Source: a virus (lineage: Duplodnaviria > Caudoviricetes). Taken from it: a DNA stretch of 34,260 bases. Below the pieces are notes generated by a model, which was not told the DNA's origin, did not search any database, and saw only the letters and a program-made list of their open reading frames with translations. Below, piece after piece: positions 1-8,398 of the stretch (position 1 is the first letter of the stretch; every line of letters starts with the position of its first letter). The translations under genes were made by a program, and so were the position numbers. Location: IMG/VR virus record IMGVR_UViG_3300025018_000355, positions 1 through 34,260 of that record, one strand, 5' to 3'.

Positions 1-2
1 AT

Positions 3-353
3 ATAAATACAGAGAACCAAAATAGAAAAGATATAACTCTTTTACAAAAGGAGTTTGCTGTTACGAATGTAAAGATTGATATGATTAGTCAATCTATTTT
101 GGAGATTAAAAATAATCATCTCTTACATATAAACGACCAATTAAGAGTTTTGTCTGAATCAATCTCGTCAAATAATGTAGAACTTACAAAATTATTAAAT
201 GATAAAACTGGAGATATTTATTCAAAACTAACTGATTTAAGAATTAAAGATGCTCGTACAGAGCCTAGTACTAATATCTTAAATAAAGTAATTGAGTATG
301 TAATACTCGCAGTTATAGGTGCTGGGGTAGCATTACTAATAACCCATTCTTAA
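3..353 (+). CDS. 5'-truncated coiled-coil protein with C-terminal transmembrane helix (XhlA/holin-like, probable lysis module)
   Basis: The frame of ORF 81..353 is open back to position 3. C-terminal hydrophobic stretch VIEYVILAVIGAGVALLIT. It would follow the endolysin if the genome is circular. Confidence 0.5.
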   Translation: MNTENQNRKDITLLQKEFAVTNVKIDMISQSILEIKNNHLLHINDQLRVLSESISSNNVELTKLLNDKTGDIYSKLTDLRIKDARTEPSTNILNKVIEYVILAVIGAGVALLITHS

Positions 354-360
354 AGGAAAT

Positions 361-528
361 ATGAATAAAGATAAAGACGAATGTGTTGCTATATTACAAG
401 CAAGAATAACCGATTTAAGAGCAATTGAAACATTTTTCAAGCGTTTTGGTGTCCAGATGGATAATAAAAGAATTGCCAACATCATTGGTGGGTTAAGGCG
501 AGTCATTGAGTATATTGAGCGTACTTAA
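361..528 (+). CDS. small hypothetical protein (55 aa, MNKDKDECVAIL...)
   Basis: Translated by hand; AAGGA RBS upstream; ends just before the terminator. Confidence 0.55.
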   Translation: MNKDKDECVAILQARITDLRAIETFFKRFGVQMDNKRIANIIGGLRRVIEYIERT

Positions 529-560
529 TAATAGTGCTACTATTAAAGTGGTCAGCTTTA

Positions 561-593
561 GCCTCCTTGCCTCGTCAGCAGGGAGGTTTTTTT
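561..593 (+). terminator. Rho-independent terminator
   Basis: Stem GCCTCCTTGC / GCAGGGAGGT, 7-nt loop, followed by a T-tract. Confidence 0.8.
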
Positions 594-615
594 ATAACGA
601 GTATAAAAAGGGATT

Positions 616-1059
616 ATGAAAGAGAATATCAGACTACTAACTAGAGAAGTAACAGAGCAAAATAATGAAATACCCCTATTTGTAAAAACTGATGATCCAA
701 TGTATACGGCCGAGATGATTTTAGAAGAAGCTCAAGAACTTAGAGATGAAATAGAAAAAGCATTTTTAACCGATGACCTCACACAAGTGGCAGGAGAAAT
801 CGGAGATGTAATCTACCTTGCTTTGAAATTATGTGATGCACTTGGACTTAATGCTGATGAGGTTGTGAGAATGAAAATAGATCGCAATAGAGATAAATAT
901 GGTGGTCATACAGACAGAGATACAGCAAAAAGCGAGTGGGTTGATAAGGGTGGGGATGAACTATGGTATCAAAGATATCTCCTCTTAAATACCGAAGAAA
1001 CTGCTATTGTTCCAGTTCAACCAAGAAGCATTGTGGTTTATCAGGCTGATACAGTTTGA
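616..1059 (+). CDS. MazG-like nucleotide pyrophosphohydrolase
   Basis: EEAQEL...GEIGDVIY (EExxE...ExxD) motif, then KIDRN. Confidence 0.7.
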   Translation: MKENIRLLTREVTEQNNEIPLFVKTDDPMYTAEMILEEAQELRDEIEKAFLTDDLTQVAGEIGDVIYLALKLCDALGLNADEVVRMKIDRNRDKYGGHTDRDTAKSEWVDKGGDELWYQRYLLLNTEETAIVPVQPRSIVVYQADTV

Positions 1060-1074
1060 GATATAAAGATACTG

Positions 1075-1103
1075 TTTACAAATACTAGTATTAGTTATAG
1101 ATT
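1075..1103 (+). promoter_or_regulatory. early sigma70-like promoter with palindromic operator in spacer
   Basis: TTTACA-N17-TAGATT; perfect palindrome AATACTAGTATT at 1081-1092. Confidence 0.5.
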
Positions 1104-1216
1104 TGATATATGGAAGCAATAACGACACTTCAATAGATAGTATTCAATCTTTCAAACAGCTCTGGTCTTCGTCGTTGTTCGCCAGGGCTGTTTTAAGGAA
1201 CAAGAAAGGGGGCAAA

Positions 1217-1438
1217 ATGCCTTCAAAGATAGAAATAAAAACAGTAATTCCAATGAATCACGCAGAAAAATGTCCTGTTTGCTCTGGTTTTGGAACTGTT
1301 AGCAAAAAACAAAAAGTATGTCATTCCTGCGATGGTTCTGGGTGGGTTATTGTTCCTAATTTTACTGATGAACATTTAGCGATGTATTCAAATACTTTTG
1401 GAAATATGGTTATTGAGAAAGATGAATATGAAGAATAA
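1217..1438 (+). CDS. small DnaJ-type zinc-finger protein
   Basis: CPVCSGFG and CHSCDGSG (CxxCxGxG twice); AAGGGGG RBS before ATG 1217, preferred over the TTG at 1103. Confidence 0.65.
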   Translation: MPSKIEIKTVIPMNHAEKCPVCSGFGTVSKKQKVCHSCDGSGWVIVPNFTDEHLAMYSNTFGNMVIEKDEYEE

Positions 1439-2147
1439 TTTTTATTTTCAACACGACAGCAATGCAAGAAATGATGAAAAAGTCCTTGAGCTAAGATGTG
1501 ATTTTGGAAATGAGGCTTATGCAATTTATTTTATGATTCTTGAGAGTATGAGTGAAACAAGCGATGGATATCTTAATAGGGAGGCTATGGGGGGGCTATC
1601 GCTAGGCTATAACATAGCCAAAGATAGGTTATTAGCCATAGTTGATAGATGTATTGAGTTAAATCTATTCACACTTGAGGAAAATAGGTTTACAAGCAAA
1701 AGAATGCAGGAACACTTAGATTTTAGACAGAAATTACAAAAGGCAGGTAAAAAGGGTGCAAAAGCCCGTTGGTCTACAAGGCAGGAAAATAGCCACCCTA
1801 ATAGCCCCCCTAATGGGGAGGCTTATGCTAAAGAAAAGGAAAGTAAAGAAAAGAATATTAAAAAAATAAATAAAAAAGAAAAAACAAAGAAAGGATTAAG
1901 ATTCCCAAAAGAAGATGAGCTATCGCAACAAGACTTTGAAGATGTAGCAGAAAAATACCAAGTTCCTTTAGCTTTTGTTTTAAGTGAATGGGATAGCGTT
2001 ATAAATTATTGTTATTCAAAGAATAAAAGGTACTCAGACTTTAAAAGAACTTTAATGAGTTTTGTAAAAAGAAATGCCTTAAAAATAAGAAAGGAACACA
2101 ATGAGTCAAGAGAATCAAAAAGCACTATCTCTTACTACAAGGAATAA
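1428..2147 (+). CDS. phage replication initiator, DUF4373/Lin1244-like N-terminal domain
   Basis: YFQHDSNARNDEK...YAIYFMILE N-terminus, AGKKGAKARW motif, K/E-rich linker, small C-terminal helical domain. Confidence 0.7.
   Translation: MKNNFYFQHDSNARNDEKVLELRCDFGNEAYAIYFMILESMSETSDGYLNREAMGGLSLGYNIAKDRLLAIVDRCIELNLFTLEENRFTSKRMQEHLDFRQKLQKAGKKGAKARWSTRQENSHPNSPPNGEAYAKEKESKEKNIKKINKKEKTKKGLRFPKEDELSQQDFEDVAEKYQVPLAFVLSEWDSVINYCYSKNKRYSDFKRTLMSFVKRNALKIRKEHNESRESKSTISYYKE
1578..1900. repeat. iteron-like repeats plus A-rich tract; putative replication origin
   Basis: GGCTAT at 1583, 1594, 1605 (11-bp period); inverted ATAGCC at 1614, 1789, 1801; A-rich tract ~1830-1900. Confidence 0.55.
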
Positions 2148-2466
2148 ATATCTATCGCCTACTCAGGGAGGATACAGTTTACTTACTAGCAGTAATGAAT
2201 ATGATCAAAACTATGTTGTTCACAGAATCAATCTTCCCTCTATTGAGGTAAACGCCAAAATGAGACAGTTTATTGAGGAGGCAATGGGTTCAGGTAAAAA
2301 GTTTGTAAGAATAGGAGATCACACAGTCATGGTCAATTCAATCTCTGGGATTGATCCAATGAAAAGAAAATATAAACCTCTAGGGATACAAGAACTCTAC
2401 CATCCAGATGGAGTTCATATAGTAAATAAAGTAACTGGTGAAAAAAGAAAGCGAGATGAAATATGA
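2101..2466 (+). CDS. hypothetical protein
   Basis: ORF with AAGGA RBS, overlapping the initiator gene. Confidence 0.6.
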   Translation: MSQENQKALSLTTRNKYLSPTQGGYSLLTSSNEYDQNYVVHRINLPSIEVNAKMRQFIEEAMGSGKKFVRIGDHTVMVNSISGIDPMKRKYKPLGIQELYHPDGVHIVNKVTGEKRKRDEI

Positions 2467-2789
2467 AAAATGCAGTATTAGATCAAGAGTGGTGTAGCCT
2501 TCAAAGAAAATTACTCTGTAAAGAATTTATGGATGAGGTTGAATCAATTATGCAACTTCACGAAGTTAAACAGTACTCTCATGGAGATACAAATTATAGC
2601 GAGTGGGAAATTCCTCAAGAAATGGTGTCTTTGACCACCGATCCAATGTTTAGAACCTCAACTAAATATCTCTTTACAGGACTATTTCAATGGAAAGATA
2701 GTAAAAAGAAAGGAATGATAGCCAAGCAGATTATCCTATTCTCTGCCGAGCATAACAGTTGTGCTGTATTTGATTTGTTTCAAAGTTAG
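2463..2789 (+). CDS. hypothetical protein
   Basis: ATGA-coupled ORF. Confidence 0.55.
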   Translation: MKNAVLDQEWCSLQRKLLCKEFMDEVESIMQLHEVKQYSHGDTNYSEWEIPQEMVSLTTDPMFRTSTKYLFTGLFQWKDSKKKGMIAKQIILFSAEHNSCAVFDLFQS

Positions 2790-2863
2790 TTTTCCCTATT
2801 TACACATACATAATAATGGTATTAAATAGACTTAATATAAAAATAAATATGAAAAAAGGAAAT

Positions 2864-3460
2864 ATGAAAATATCTCTGCCCAAACCAAATAAGGAGAAAA
2901 CAATCAAAGTTATAACGATTATAACTTCTGGGATTCTCTTAACTTCAATTGCCACCGTGGCAATAAACTCATTCTTCATGGAACATTATCTGGATTTTCA
3001 AAGTCCAATCGTTCTTAGAAGCCCGATTCTCGTCCAGAACAGAACAGATGCCCAATATATATCCCCAATAGGTGTGGAAGCTGTTTCCAACGCCACAGAG
3101 TCAGCAGAAACCACCAAAGAAGAAGAACCTATCGTTGAAGAAGTTAGCCTAACGCCATCTCCAAGACTAATTGCTCATTCTGAGGCACGACCAGATATAT
3201 ATGCCAAAATCGTTGAACACTTTGGAGATGAATCAATCCTAGCAGGAGAACTTATAGCCAGAGAATCAAGTTTTAATCCTTTAGCAATCAATCCAACATC
3301 AGGTGCTTGTGGCCTTGCTCAAGCATTACCTTGTGAAAAGATGGATTGTGATCTTACAGATGTAGATTGCCAACTAGAATGGATTGGTGAGTATGTAGAA
3401 AATAGGTACGGAAACTTTGAAAATGCCATAGCATTTCACGATGAGAAAGGTTGGTACTAA
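2864..3460 (+). CDS. membrane-anchored lytic transglycosylase (SLT/lysozyme-like fold)
   Basis: N-terminal TM helix; RESSFNPLAINPTSGACGLAQ motif and YVENRYG...GWY end; AAGGA RBS before ATG 2864. Confidence 0.75.
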   Translation: MKISLPKPNKEKTIKVITIITSGILLTSIATVAINSFFMEHYLDFQSPIVLRSPILVQNRTDAQYISPIGVEAVSNATESAETTKEEEPIVEEVSLTPSPRLIAHSEARPDIYAKIVEHFGDESILAGELIARESSFNPLAINPTSGACGLAQALPCEKMDCDLTDVDCQLEWIGEYVENRYGNFENAIAFHDEKGWY

Positions 3461-3628
3461 ATGACAGACTCCCCAAGATTAGGATATTACGATGATGACG
3501 AATACTGCCCAGAATGTGGAGAACTACTTGATTTTGAATATGAAAATAATGGATTCACAATGCCGAATGGACCAGAACATTGGGAAATTACAAAAATACA
3601 TTGCCCCGAATGTGGGTACGAGGAATAA
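3461..3628 (+). CDS. zinc-ribbon mini-protein (55 aa), absent from ORF track
   Basis: MTDSPRLGYYDDDEYCPECG...HCPECGYEE; starts immediately after the previous stop. Confidence 0.7.
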   Translation: MTDSPRLGYYDDDEYCPECGELLDFEYENNGFTMPNGPEHWEITKIHCPECGYEE

Positions 3629-3632
3629 AAAT

Positions 3633-3812
3633 ATGAACACAGTTTTTAAGATCTATAACAAAGAAACATTGGTAATAATTAAAATTGATGATGCTGATAA
3701 ATACTTCATAGATATGTATGGAAATGTAAATAGAATTGAGTATGACGATAAAGGAAATATGGATTTAATTTTACAAACTCATTTAGCAATAGCATTAAAT
3801 AAAGGAGAATAA
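3633..3812 (+). CDS. small hypothetical protein
   Basis: 3' part of track ORF 3492..3812; GAGG RBS before ATG 3633. Confidence 0.55.
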   Translation: MNTVFKIYNKETLVIIKIDDADKYFIDMYGNVNRIEYDDKGNMDLILQTHLAIALNKGE

Positions 3813-3813
3813 T

Positions 3814-3936
3814 ATGGGAGATATAGCAGATGCAATGATCAACGGATTATTTTGTCAATATTGTGGATGTTTAATAGATGGCGATGAGCCAGGATACCCA
3901 AGAGATTGTGGGTGTGGAGAGGAAGACGATGAATAA
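3814..3936 (+). CDS. Cys-rich mini-protein (40 aa), absent from ORF track
   Basis: MGDIADAMINGLFCQYCG...PGYPRDCGC; strong AAGGAG RBS. Confidence 0.7.
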   Translation: MGDIADAMINGLFCQYCGCLIDGDEPGYPRDCGCGEEDDE

Positions 3937-4138
3937 AATTAAACTAATGGAAGCATTATTATTAGCTTCACAGAATGCTCTTGATAAAGAAAAAAGATCA
4001 GTTAAAGAATTATTGGATTCTTTAAAAGATAAACCATTATCTGAGTGTATTGATAAACTTAAATGGTCTGAGAGAGATAGTGGGTTTACAAACGGATTAT
4101 TAGAAGCATTACAAATTGTATCAAGAATGGATGAATAA
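3929..4138 (+). CDS. hypothetical protein
   Basis: 3' part of track ORF 3878..4138; GAGG RBS before ATG 3929. Confidence 0.55.
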   Translation: MNKIKLMEALLLASQNALDKEKRSVKELLDSLKDKPLSECIDKLKWSERDSGFTNGLLEALQIVSRMDE

Positions 4139-4468
4139 ATGAAAACAAAACTTAAAAAAGCAACAAAAGATATTTTTAAAGATATGACTTGGAATTGTCA
4201 TGTATGTGGCAAAGAAAGACCTGATAATAAAATAGATGTTGTATCTGGTCAGTATAGAGGATTTAAGGATGCCCAAATAAATATAAGGTATTGTAATGAC
4301 AACACAGATTGTCAGATTGGAGCAACAAATGCAGTCTTTAAAGGGGAATTTCCTGTAACTGGAAAGATAGAACCATGCGAAGATTGTAAGTTAAAGTTTA
4401 TTATTAAAATGCTAGTCTGCATATTCTTTATGATTATGCTCCTAGTTTTAACAGGAAAGTATTTATGA
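4139..4468 (+). CDS. Cys-rich protein with C-terminal TM helix
   Basis: CHVC, C..DC, CEDC; hydrophobic C-terminus. Confidence 0.55.
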   Translation: MKTKLKKATKDIFKDMTWNCHVCGKERPDNKIDVVSGQYRGFKDAQINIRYCNDNTDCQIGATNAVFKGEFPVTGKIEPCEDCKLKFIIKMLVCIFFMIMLLVLTGKYL

Positions 4469-4701
4469 AAACAGAAAAAGAAGCAATTTTAGAAGCAAGA
4501 GATGAAGTCTTTAAAAGAATAGTTACTAACAAACTTAACAAACTCTATTGGGCTGAGGTTCTAAAAACTGCAAAGGTAAATACACCAGAGGCAGTTGAGG
4601 CTCAAACTAACATTGGAGTGAATAATGAAAATATGAAAAAAGATAAGTTGTTCTTAAAACTAATTGATCAAAAATTGAAAGGTTATATAAATGAAAAGTA
4701 A
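4465..4701 (+). CDS. hypothetical protein
   Basis: ATGA-coupled ORF. Confidence 0.55.
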   Translation: MKTEKEAILEARDEVFKRIVTNKLNKLYWAEVLKTAKVNTPEAVEAQTNIGVNNENMKKDKLFLKLIDQKLKGYINEK

Positions 4702-5011
4702 AATTGTACTTGAAAATGATTGGGTAAAAGAAGGAATTGAACTCTTTGGAGAAGACAGAATGGATTGGAAGTTTAAGTGTCCTAGCTGTGGAATAATCCA
4801 GTCTGTTCATGGATTGAATGAAAAGTATTCAGCATTAGAGGGATATTTCTACGCCACTATATTTTGTAGATGTATTGGTTGGATTGATCCTACTGTTGGA
4901 TGCAATCTTAATCTTGATGAGAATGGTGGAATCTCAGGTGCTACGTTAAAAATGAATGACGGAAGAATGGTACCAATTTTTGATTTTGCCAGACCAGAAG
5001 ACATAAATTAA
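4691..5011 (+). CDS. VVA0879-like zinc-binding phage protein
   Basis: W..EG.ELFG.DRMDWKFKCPSCG...CIGW...GCN...PIFDFA pattern. Confidence 0.55.
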   Translation: MKSKIVLENDWVKEGIELFGEDRMDWKFKCPSCGIIQSVHGLNEKYSALEGYFYATIFCRCIGWIDPTVGCNLNLDENGGISGATLKMNDGRMVPIFDFARPEDIN

Positions 5012-5021
5012 AGGAATAAAT

Positions 5022-5252
5022 ATGAATAACTTTTACACATCAGATCTTGGACTAGCCTCAGCAATGGTTAGTGTTGGAATACCACTAATATCATTGGATA
5101 AATCTAATCCTAAAAGAGTTGAGTTTGTCTTTGAAGAAACAAAAGAATTGCAGGAAGCGATCAATAGTTATTGGTCAAGTGATCTACTTGTTAGCCCACT
5201 AACTTACTTTAATGCAATGAAAATGCTAAAGAATAGGATTTACTCAGCATGA
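5022..5252 (+). CDS. DUF5659-like protein
   Basis: FYTSDLGLASAM...KRVEFVF...YW...LLVSP..YFNAMK.LKNRIY pattern. Confidence 0.65.
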   Translation: MNNFYTSDLGLASAMVSVGIPLISLDKSNPKRVEFVFEETKELQEAINSYWSSDLLVSPLTYFNAMKMLKNRIYSA

Positions 5253-5746
5253 ATACCATACAAATAACTAAATTCTTGGATGAATCAAATAAGATTGAGG
5301 GTGTTTATGATGCTCAAAGTCTAGATCAAGCATTATTTGCTTGGGAATATTGTATTGCTCAAGATGAGTTAAGTATCGGAGTCATATTAAAGACTCATAA
5401 AATACTCATGCTACATCAGCCACTATTTCCAGATGAAAAAGGCTATCTAAGAGAAGTGCCTGTGTATATTGGTGGTCGTGAAGCTATGCACCATTCTCAA
5501 TTAAGAGGTGCATTACAGGCTTGGACTACCAGATCAAACTTAATGGTTCACTACCCTGGATCTAGGATCTCGGATGATATAAAACTCCACCATGTTGAGT
5601 ACGAAAGAATACACCCATTTGTAGATGGTAATGGAAGAACTGGTCGTATCTTTATGAATTGGCAGAGAGTTAAAGCAGGATTGGATATAGATATTATCTA
5701 TGAGAATGAGAAGTACGATTACTATAAATGGTTTAAAGAATTATAA
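5249..5746 (+). CDS. fic: Fic-domain protein (class II)
   Basis: Canonical HPFVDGNGRTGR motif; N-terminal SNKIEG matches the (S/T)xxxE(G/N) inhibitory motif. Confidence 0.9.
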   Translation: MNTIQITKFLDESNKIEGVYDAQSLDQALFAWEYCIAQDELSIGVILKTHKILMLHQPLFPDEKGYLREVPVYIGGREAMHHSQLRGALQAWTTRSNLMVHYPGSRISDDIKLHHVEYERIHPFVDGNGRTGRIFMNWQRVKAGLDIDIIYENEKYDYYKWFKEL

Positions 5747-5807
5747 GAGGTCAGTCTCTACTCAAGTAATTCAAATAAATATAAATATAAGAGATTAGGA
5801 GAGAATT

Positions 5808-6065
5808 ATGTACAAACCTAAAACACTTTTCACAGGATATAAAATCGGTCAGAAAAATGCTTCTCTGTATGTTGGTGTTCCTGATAAATATTTTATCGCA
5901 GGTAAAGTTAAAGTTGATTTTGATAATGAAGTTCGTGAGTTTGATAAGACCAAATCAGTTACGACCAGAGAGTTCAACGATAAGTTTAGACCAAATACTA
6001 CCTATACGCTTTATTACTTTTTATGGAAAAAAGTCAGCGATGAGGTTGAAACTGACTCTGATTGA
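5808..6065 (+). CDS. hypothetical protein
   Basis: ORF with AGGAG RBS. Confidence 0.6.
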   Translation: MYKPKTLFTGYKIGQKNASLYVGVPDKYFIAGKVKVDFDNEVREFDKTKSVTTREFNDKFRPNTTYTLYYFLWKKVSDEVETDSD

Positions 6066-6091
6066 TATACTCCGATATATCAAACTGGTGG

Positions 6092-6120
6092 TTTACAAAC
6101 TGTATCATTGTTTATATAAT
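6092..6120 (+). promoter_or_regulatory. early sigma70-like promoter
   Basis: TTTACA(6092-6097)-N17-TATAAT(6115-6120) in an intergenic gap. Confidence 0.7.
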
Positions 6121-6143
6121 AACTATATTAAATAAAAATAAAT

Positions 6144-6296
6144 ATGAAAGATGATATGAACAACATAAACTCCCAAGATATTAAGAAAATTGTCGCTCAC
6201 TTGAACATTAGAATCAAGCAGATTGAAAAGAAGTTTGGCGAAGAAACTCCTGAAACCAAAAGCTTAAAAATACTTATCAAAAAGATGGGGGCTTAA
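6144..6296 (+). CDS. small hypothetical protein (50 aa; alternative start 6156)
   Basis: Translated by hand; fills the gap between the promoter and the next gene. Confidence 0.55.
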   Translation: MKDDMNNINSQDIKKIVAHLNIRIKQIEKKFGEETPETKSLKILIKKMGA

Positions 6297-6297
6297 T

Positions 6298-6498
6298 ATG
6301 AATATAAAAATATACGACTTTTATAAAGATCAGGTAAAGTTTTACACCAAACGACTCAAGAACGCTAAAAACAGCTTAAAATCATACGAGTCATTGGGTA
6401 TAACAGATCAAGATGATTTAGATTTTTATAACGAAATCATTAAATGTGAGGAAGAAAATATCCAAAGGTATGAAAGTAAGTTAGCAGAAATAGTATAA
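6298..6498 (+). CDS. hypothetical protein
   Basis: ORF with GGGGG RBS, tightly packed. Confidence 0.55.
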   Translation: MNIKIYDFYKDQVKFYTKRLKNAKNSLKSYESLGITDQDDLDFYNEIIKCEEENIQRYESKLAEIV

Positions 6499-6512
6499 AA
6501 ATTAAAAGGAAT

Positions 6513-6884
6513 ATGAATATGAAAAATACAATCAAAAAACTTCAAGAGATCGCAGATAACATTGAATCCTCAGATCTTAAAACAGCAGTAGCAGAATCAA
6601 TAATCTCCCACTTAGATGGATACGATGAACCAGAACAATTTTTTAACGACTTATTTCAGGGTGGTTGTGTATCTGGATTTATTGGAGAACTAATCTACTA
6701 CAAAGATACCTACGCATTCTTTGATAAATACTACTCCGACATTATGGATTTAGTCTATGAATATAAGGAACAAGGCATTGAGGTTGATCTAATGAAAGAT
6801 AATAACATTAAAAATACTGGTGCTTGGTTTGCTTATGAAGAAACTGCAAGACAAATAGCCGATGAGTTAGGTTTTGATATCTAA
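6513..6884 (+). CDS. conserved-looking acidic phage protein
   Basis: DLFQGGCVSGFIGELIYY.DT..FF motif; AAGGA RBS. Confidence 0.6.
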   Translation: MNMKNTIKKLQEIADNIESSDLKTAVAESIISHLDGYDEPEQFFNDLFQGGCVSGFIGELIYYKDTYAFFDKYYSDIMDLVYEYKEQGIEVDLMKDNNIKNTGAWFAYEETARQIADELGFDI

Positions 6885-6892
6885 AGATATAG

Positions 6893-6920
6893 TTTACTAG
6901 ATCATAGATAATAATATAAT
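6893..6920 (+). promoter_or_regulatory. early sigma70-like promoter
   Basis: TTTACT-N16-TATAAT; the -35 lies within AAGATATAGTTTAC, identical to 10962-10975. Confidence 0.55.
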
Positions 6921-6959
6921 TAAATAGTAGTAAAAACGTAAAAGCGAAAGGATGTCATT

Positions 6960-7808
6960 ATGACAGACGAACCCCAAGTTCAGGTTGAGGAAACTCAGAC
7001 CGAAGAAATTAAAAATACAGAAGTTGCTCCTCCAAGACAGCCATCAGAAGTATCAATGAGAGTAAATACCGAAAAGACTGGTGTAATTGATCCTATTGCA
7101 TGGAAGCAGATCAACGGAATGGCTGAGACTCTTATTAAATCAAGAGCATTGCCAGACTATATCAAAAATAAAGAACAGGCGATTGTGGTTATGCAATCAG
7201 GTTTTGAAATGGGAATGAAGCCGATGGAGGCTCTTAATTCTTTATATATGGTAAATGGTCAGATCACTATCTGGGGGAAGGCAGTTCCAAAGAGATTCAA
7301 GGTTCATGGATTTAATCTTTCTTATAAAGATAAAGAAAATGAGACAACTGTTACTGCTACTCATAAAAAGACTGGCGAAACTTATACCGAATCAATGACC
7401 TTTGCTGAGGCTGAACAATCAGGCTACACAAAATCAAATACTGGTCAATTAAAGTTTGGTTGGAAAGAGGGTACTAATCGTATCTTAAAACTCCGATATG
7501 GTGCATTAAATAAAATGCTTAAAACTCAATTACCAGATGTATTGGATTCTGCTCAAGGAATTGCAGAGGTATATCAAGATTCAATGAGTCCTAAAGAGTT
7601 TGAAAAAGCTCAACTTGGAGAAGTTGTAGCTGAGAAAAAACTTGATGATGAATTCATTAAAAGAATCAATGAAGCCAAAACTCACGGAGAACTAATTGGT
7701 GTATGTAAAACAATTAAGACCGAAGTAAATGCTGACTACCATGATTCTCTTGAATCAGAGTATGCCCGAAGAAAAGAAGAAATCTCTGAAATTGTGGAGG
7801 CAGAATGA
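6960..7808 (+). CDS. RecT-like single-strand annealing protein
   Basis: GFEMGMKPMEALNSLYMVNG motif; coupled to a lambda-exo-type nuclease. Confidence 0.7.
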   Translation: MTDEPQVQVEETQTEEIKNTEVAPPRQPSEVSMRVNTEKTGVIDPIAWKQINGMAETLIKSRALPDYIKNKEQAIVVMQSGFEMGMKPMEALNSLYMVNGQITIWGKAVPKRFKVHGFNLSYKDKENETTVTATHKKTGETYTESMTFAEAEQSGYTKSNTGQLKFGWKEGTNRILKLRYGALNKMLKTQLPDVLDSAQGIAEVYQDSMSPKEFEKAQLGEVVAEKKLDDEFIKRINEAKTHGELIGVCKTIKTEVNADYHDSLESEYARRKEEISEIVEAE

Positions 7809-8398
7809 TAGTTCATAAAGAATTAGTACAAGGTACAGACGAATGGCTACGGGTCAGGTTAGGGAAGTTCACAGCTTCCCAAGCCTCGGCCATAGCAACA
7901 GCAGGTAAGGGATTAGATACTCTTGTATTTGAAAAAGCCGAAGAACTTATCACTCAAGAAATTAAACAGGGATATAAGAATCCTGATATGGAACGAGGTA
8001 ATCTTCTTGAACCCAAAGCCCGAAACTTATACGAACTTGAGACTGAAAATATAGTACATGAAGTTGGCTTTGTTGAATTAGATCAGTATGTAGGTTGTTC
8101 TCCAGATGGAATGATAGGTAATGAGGGATTAGTGGAAATTAAATGCCCATCATTTAGAGTTTATTATGAATATCTTACTACTGGAAAAGTAGATCCTAGT
8201 TACTTTAATCAAATGCAAATGCAAATGTTTGTAACAGATCGCAAGTGGTGTGATTACACGGTTTACAATCCTTTATTTAAGAGCCAACCAATTATCATCA
8301 AAAGAATAGATCGTGATGAGATTGCTATTAAGAAAATCCAAGTTGGACTAACTATGGGAGTAGCTAAATTACAAAGTATTATTGAGAGGATTAAATGA
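7805..8398 (+). CDS. YqaJ/lambda-exonuclease family nuclease
   Basis: QGTDEWLRVRLGKFTAS, RGNLLEP.AR, GCSPDG, EIKCP, QMQMQM, WCDY. Confidence 0.9.
   Translation: MIVHKELVQGTDEWLRVRLGKFTASQASAIATAGKGLDTLVFEKAEELITQEIKQGYKNPDMERGNLLEPKARNLYELETENIVHEVGFVELDQYVGCSPDGMIGNEGLVEIKCPSFRVYYEYLTTGKVDPSYFNQMQMQMFVTDRKWCDYTVYNPLFKSQPIIIKRIDRDEIAIKKIQVGLTMGVAKLQSIIERIK

Noticed and set aside
3492-3928. 5' extensions of track ORFs 3492..3812 and 3878..4138
   Set aside because: These stretches are better explained by zinc-finger ORFs in other frames; RBSs support starts at 3633 and 3929.
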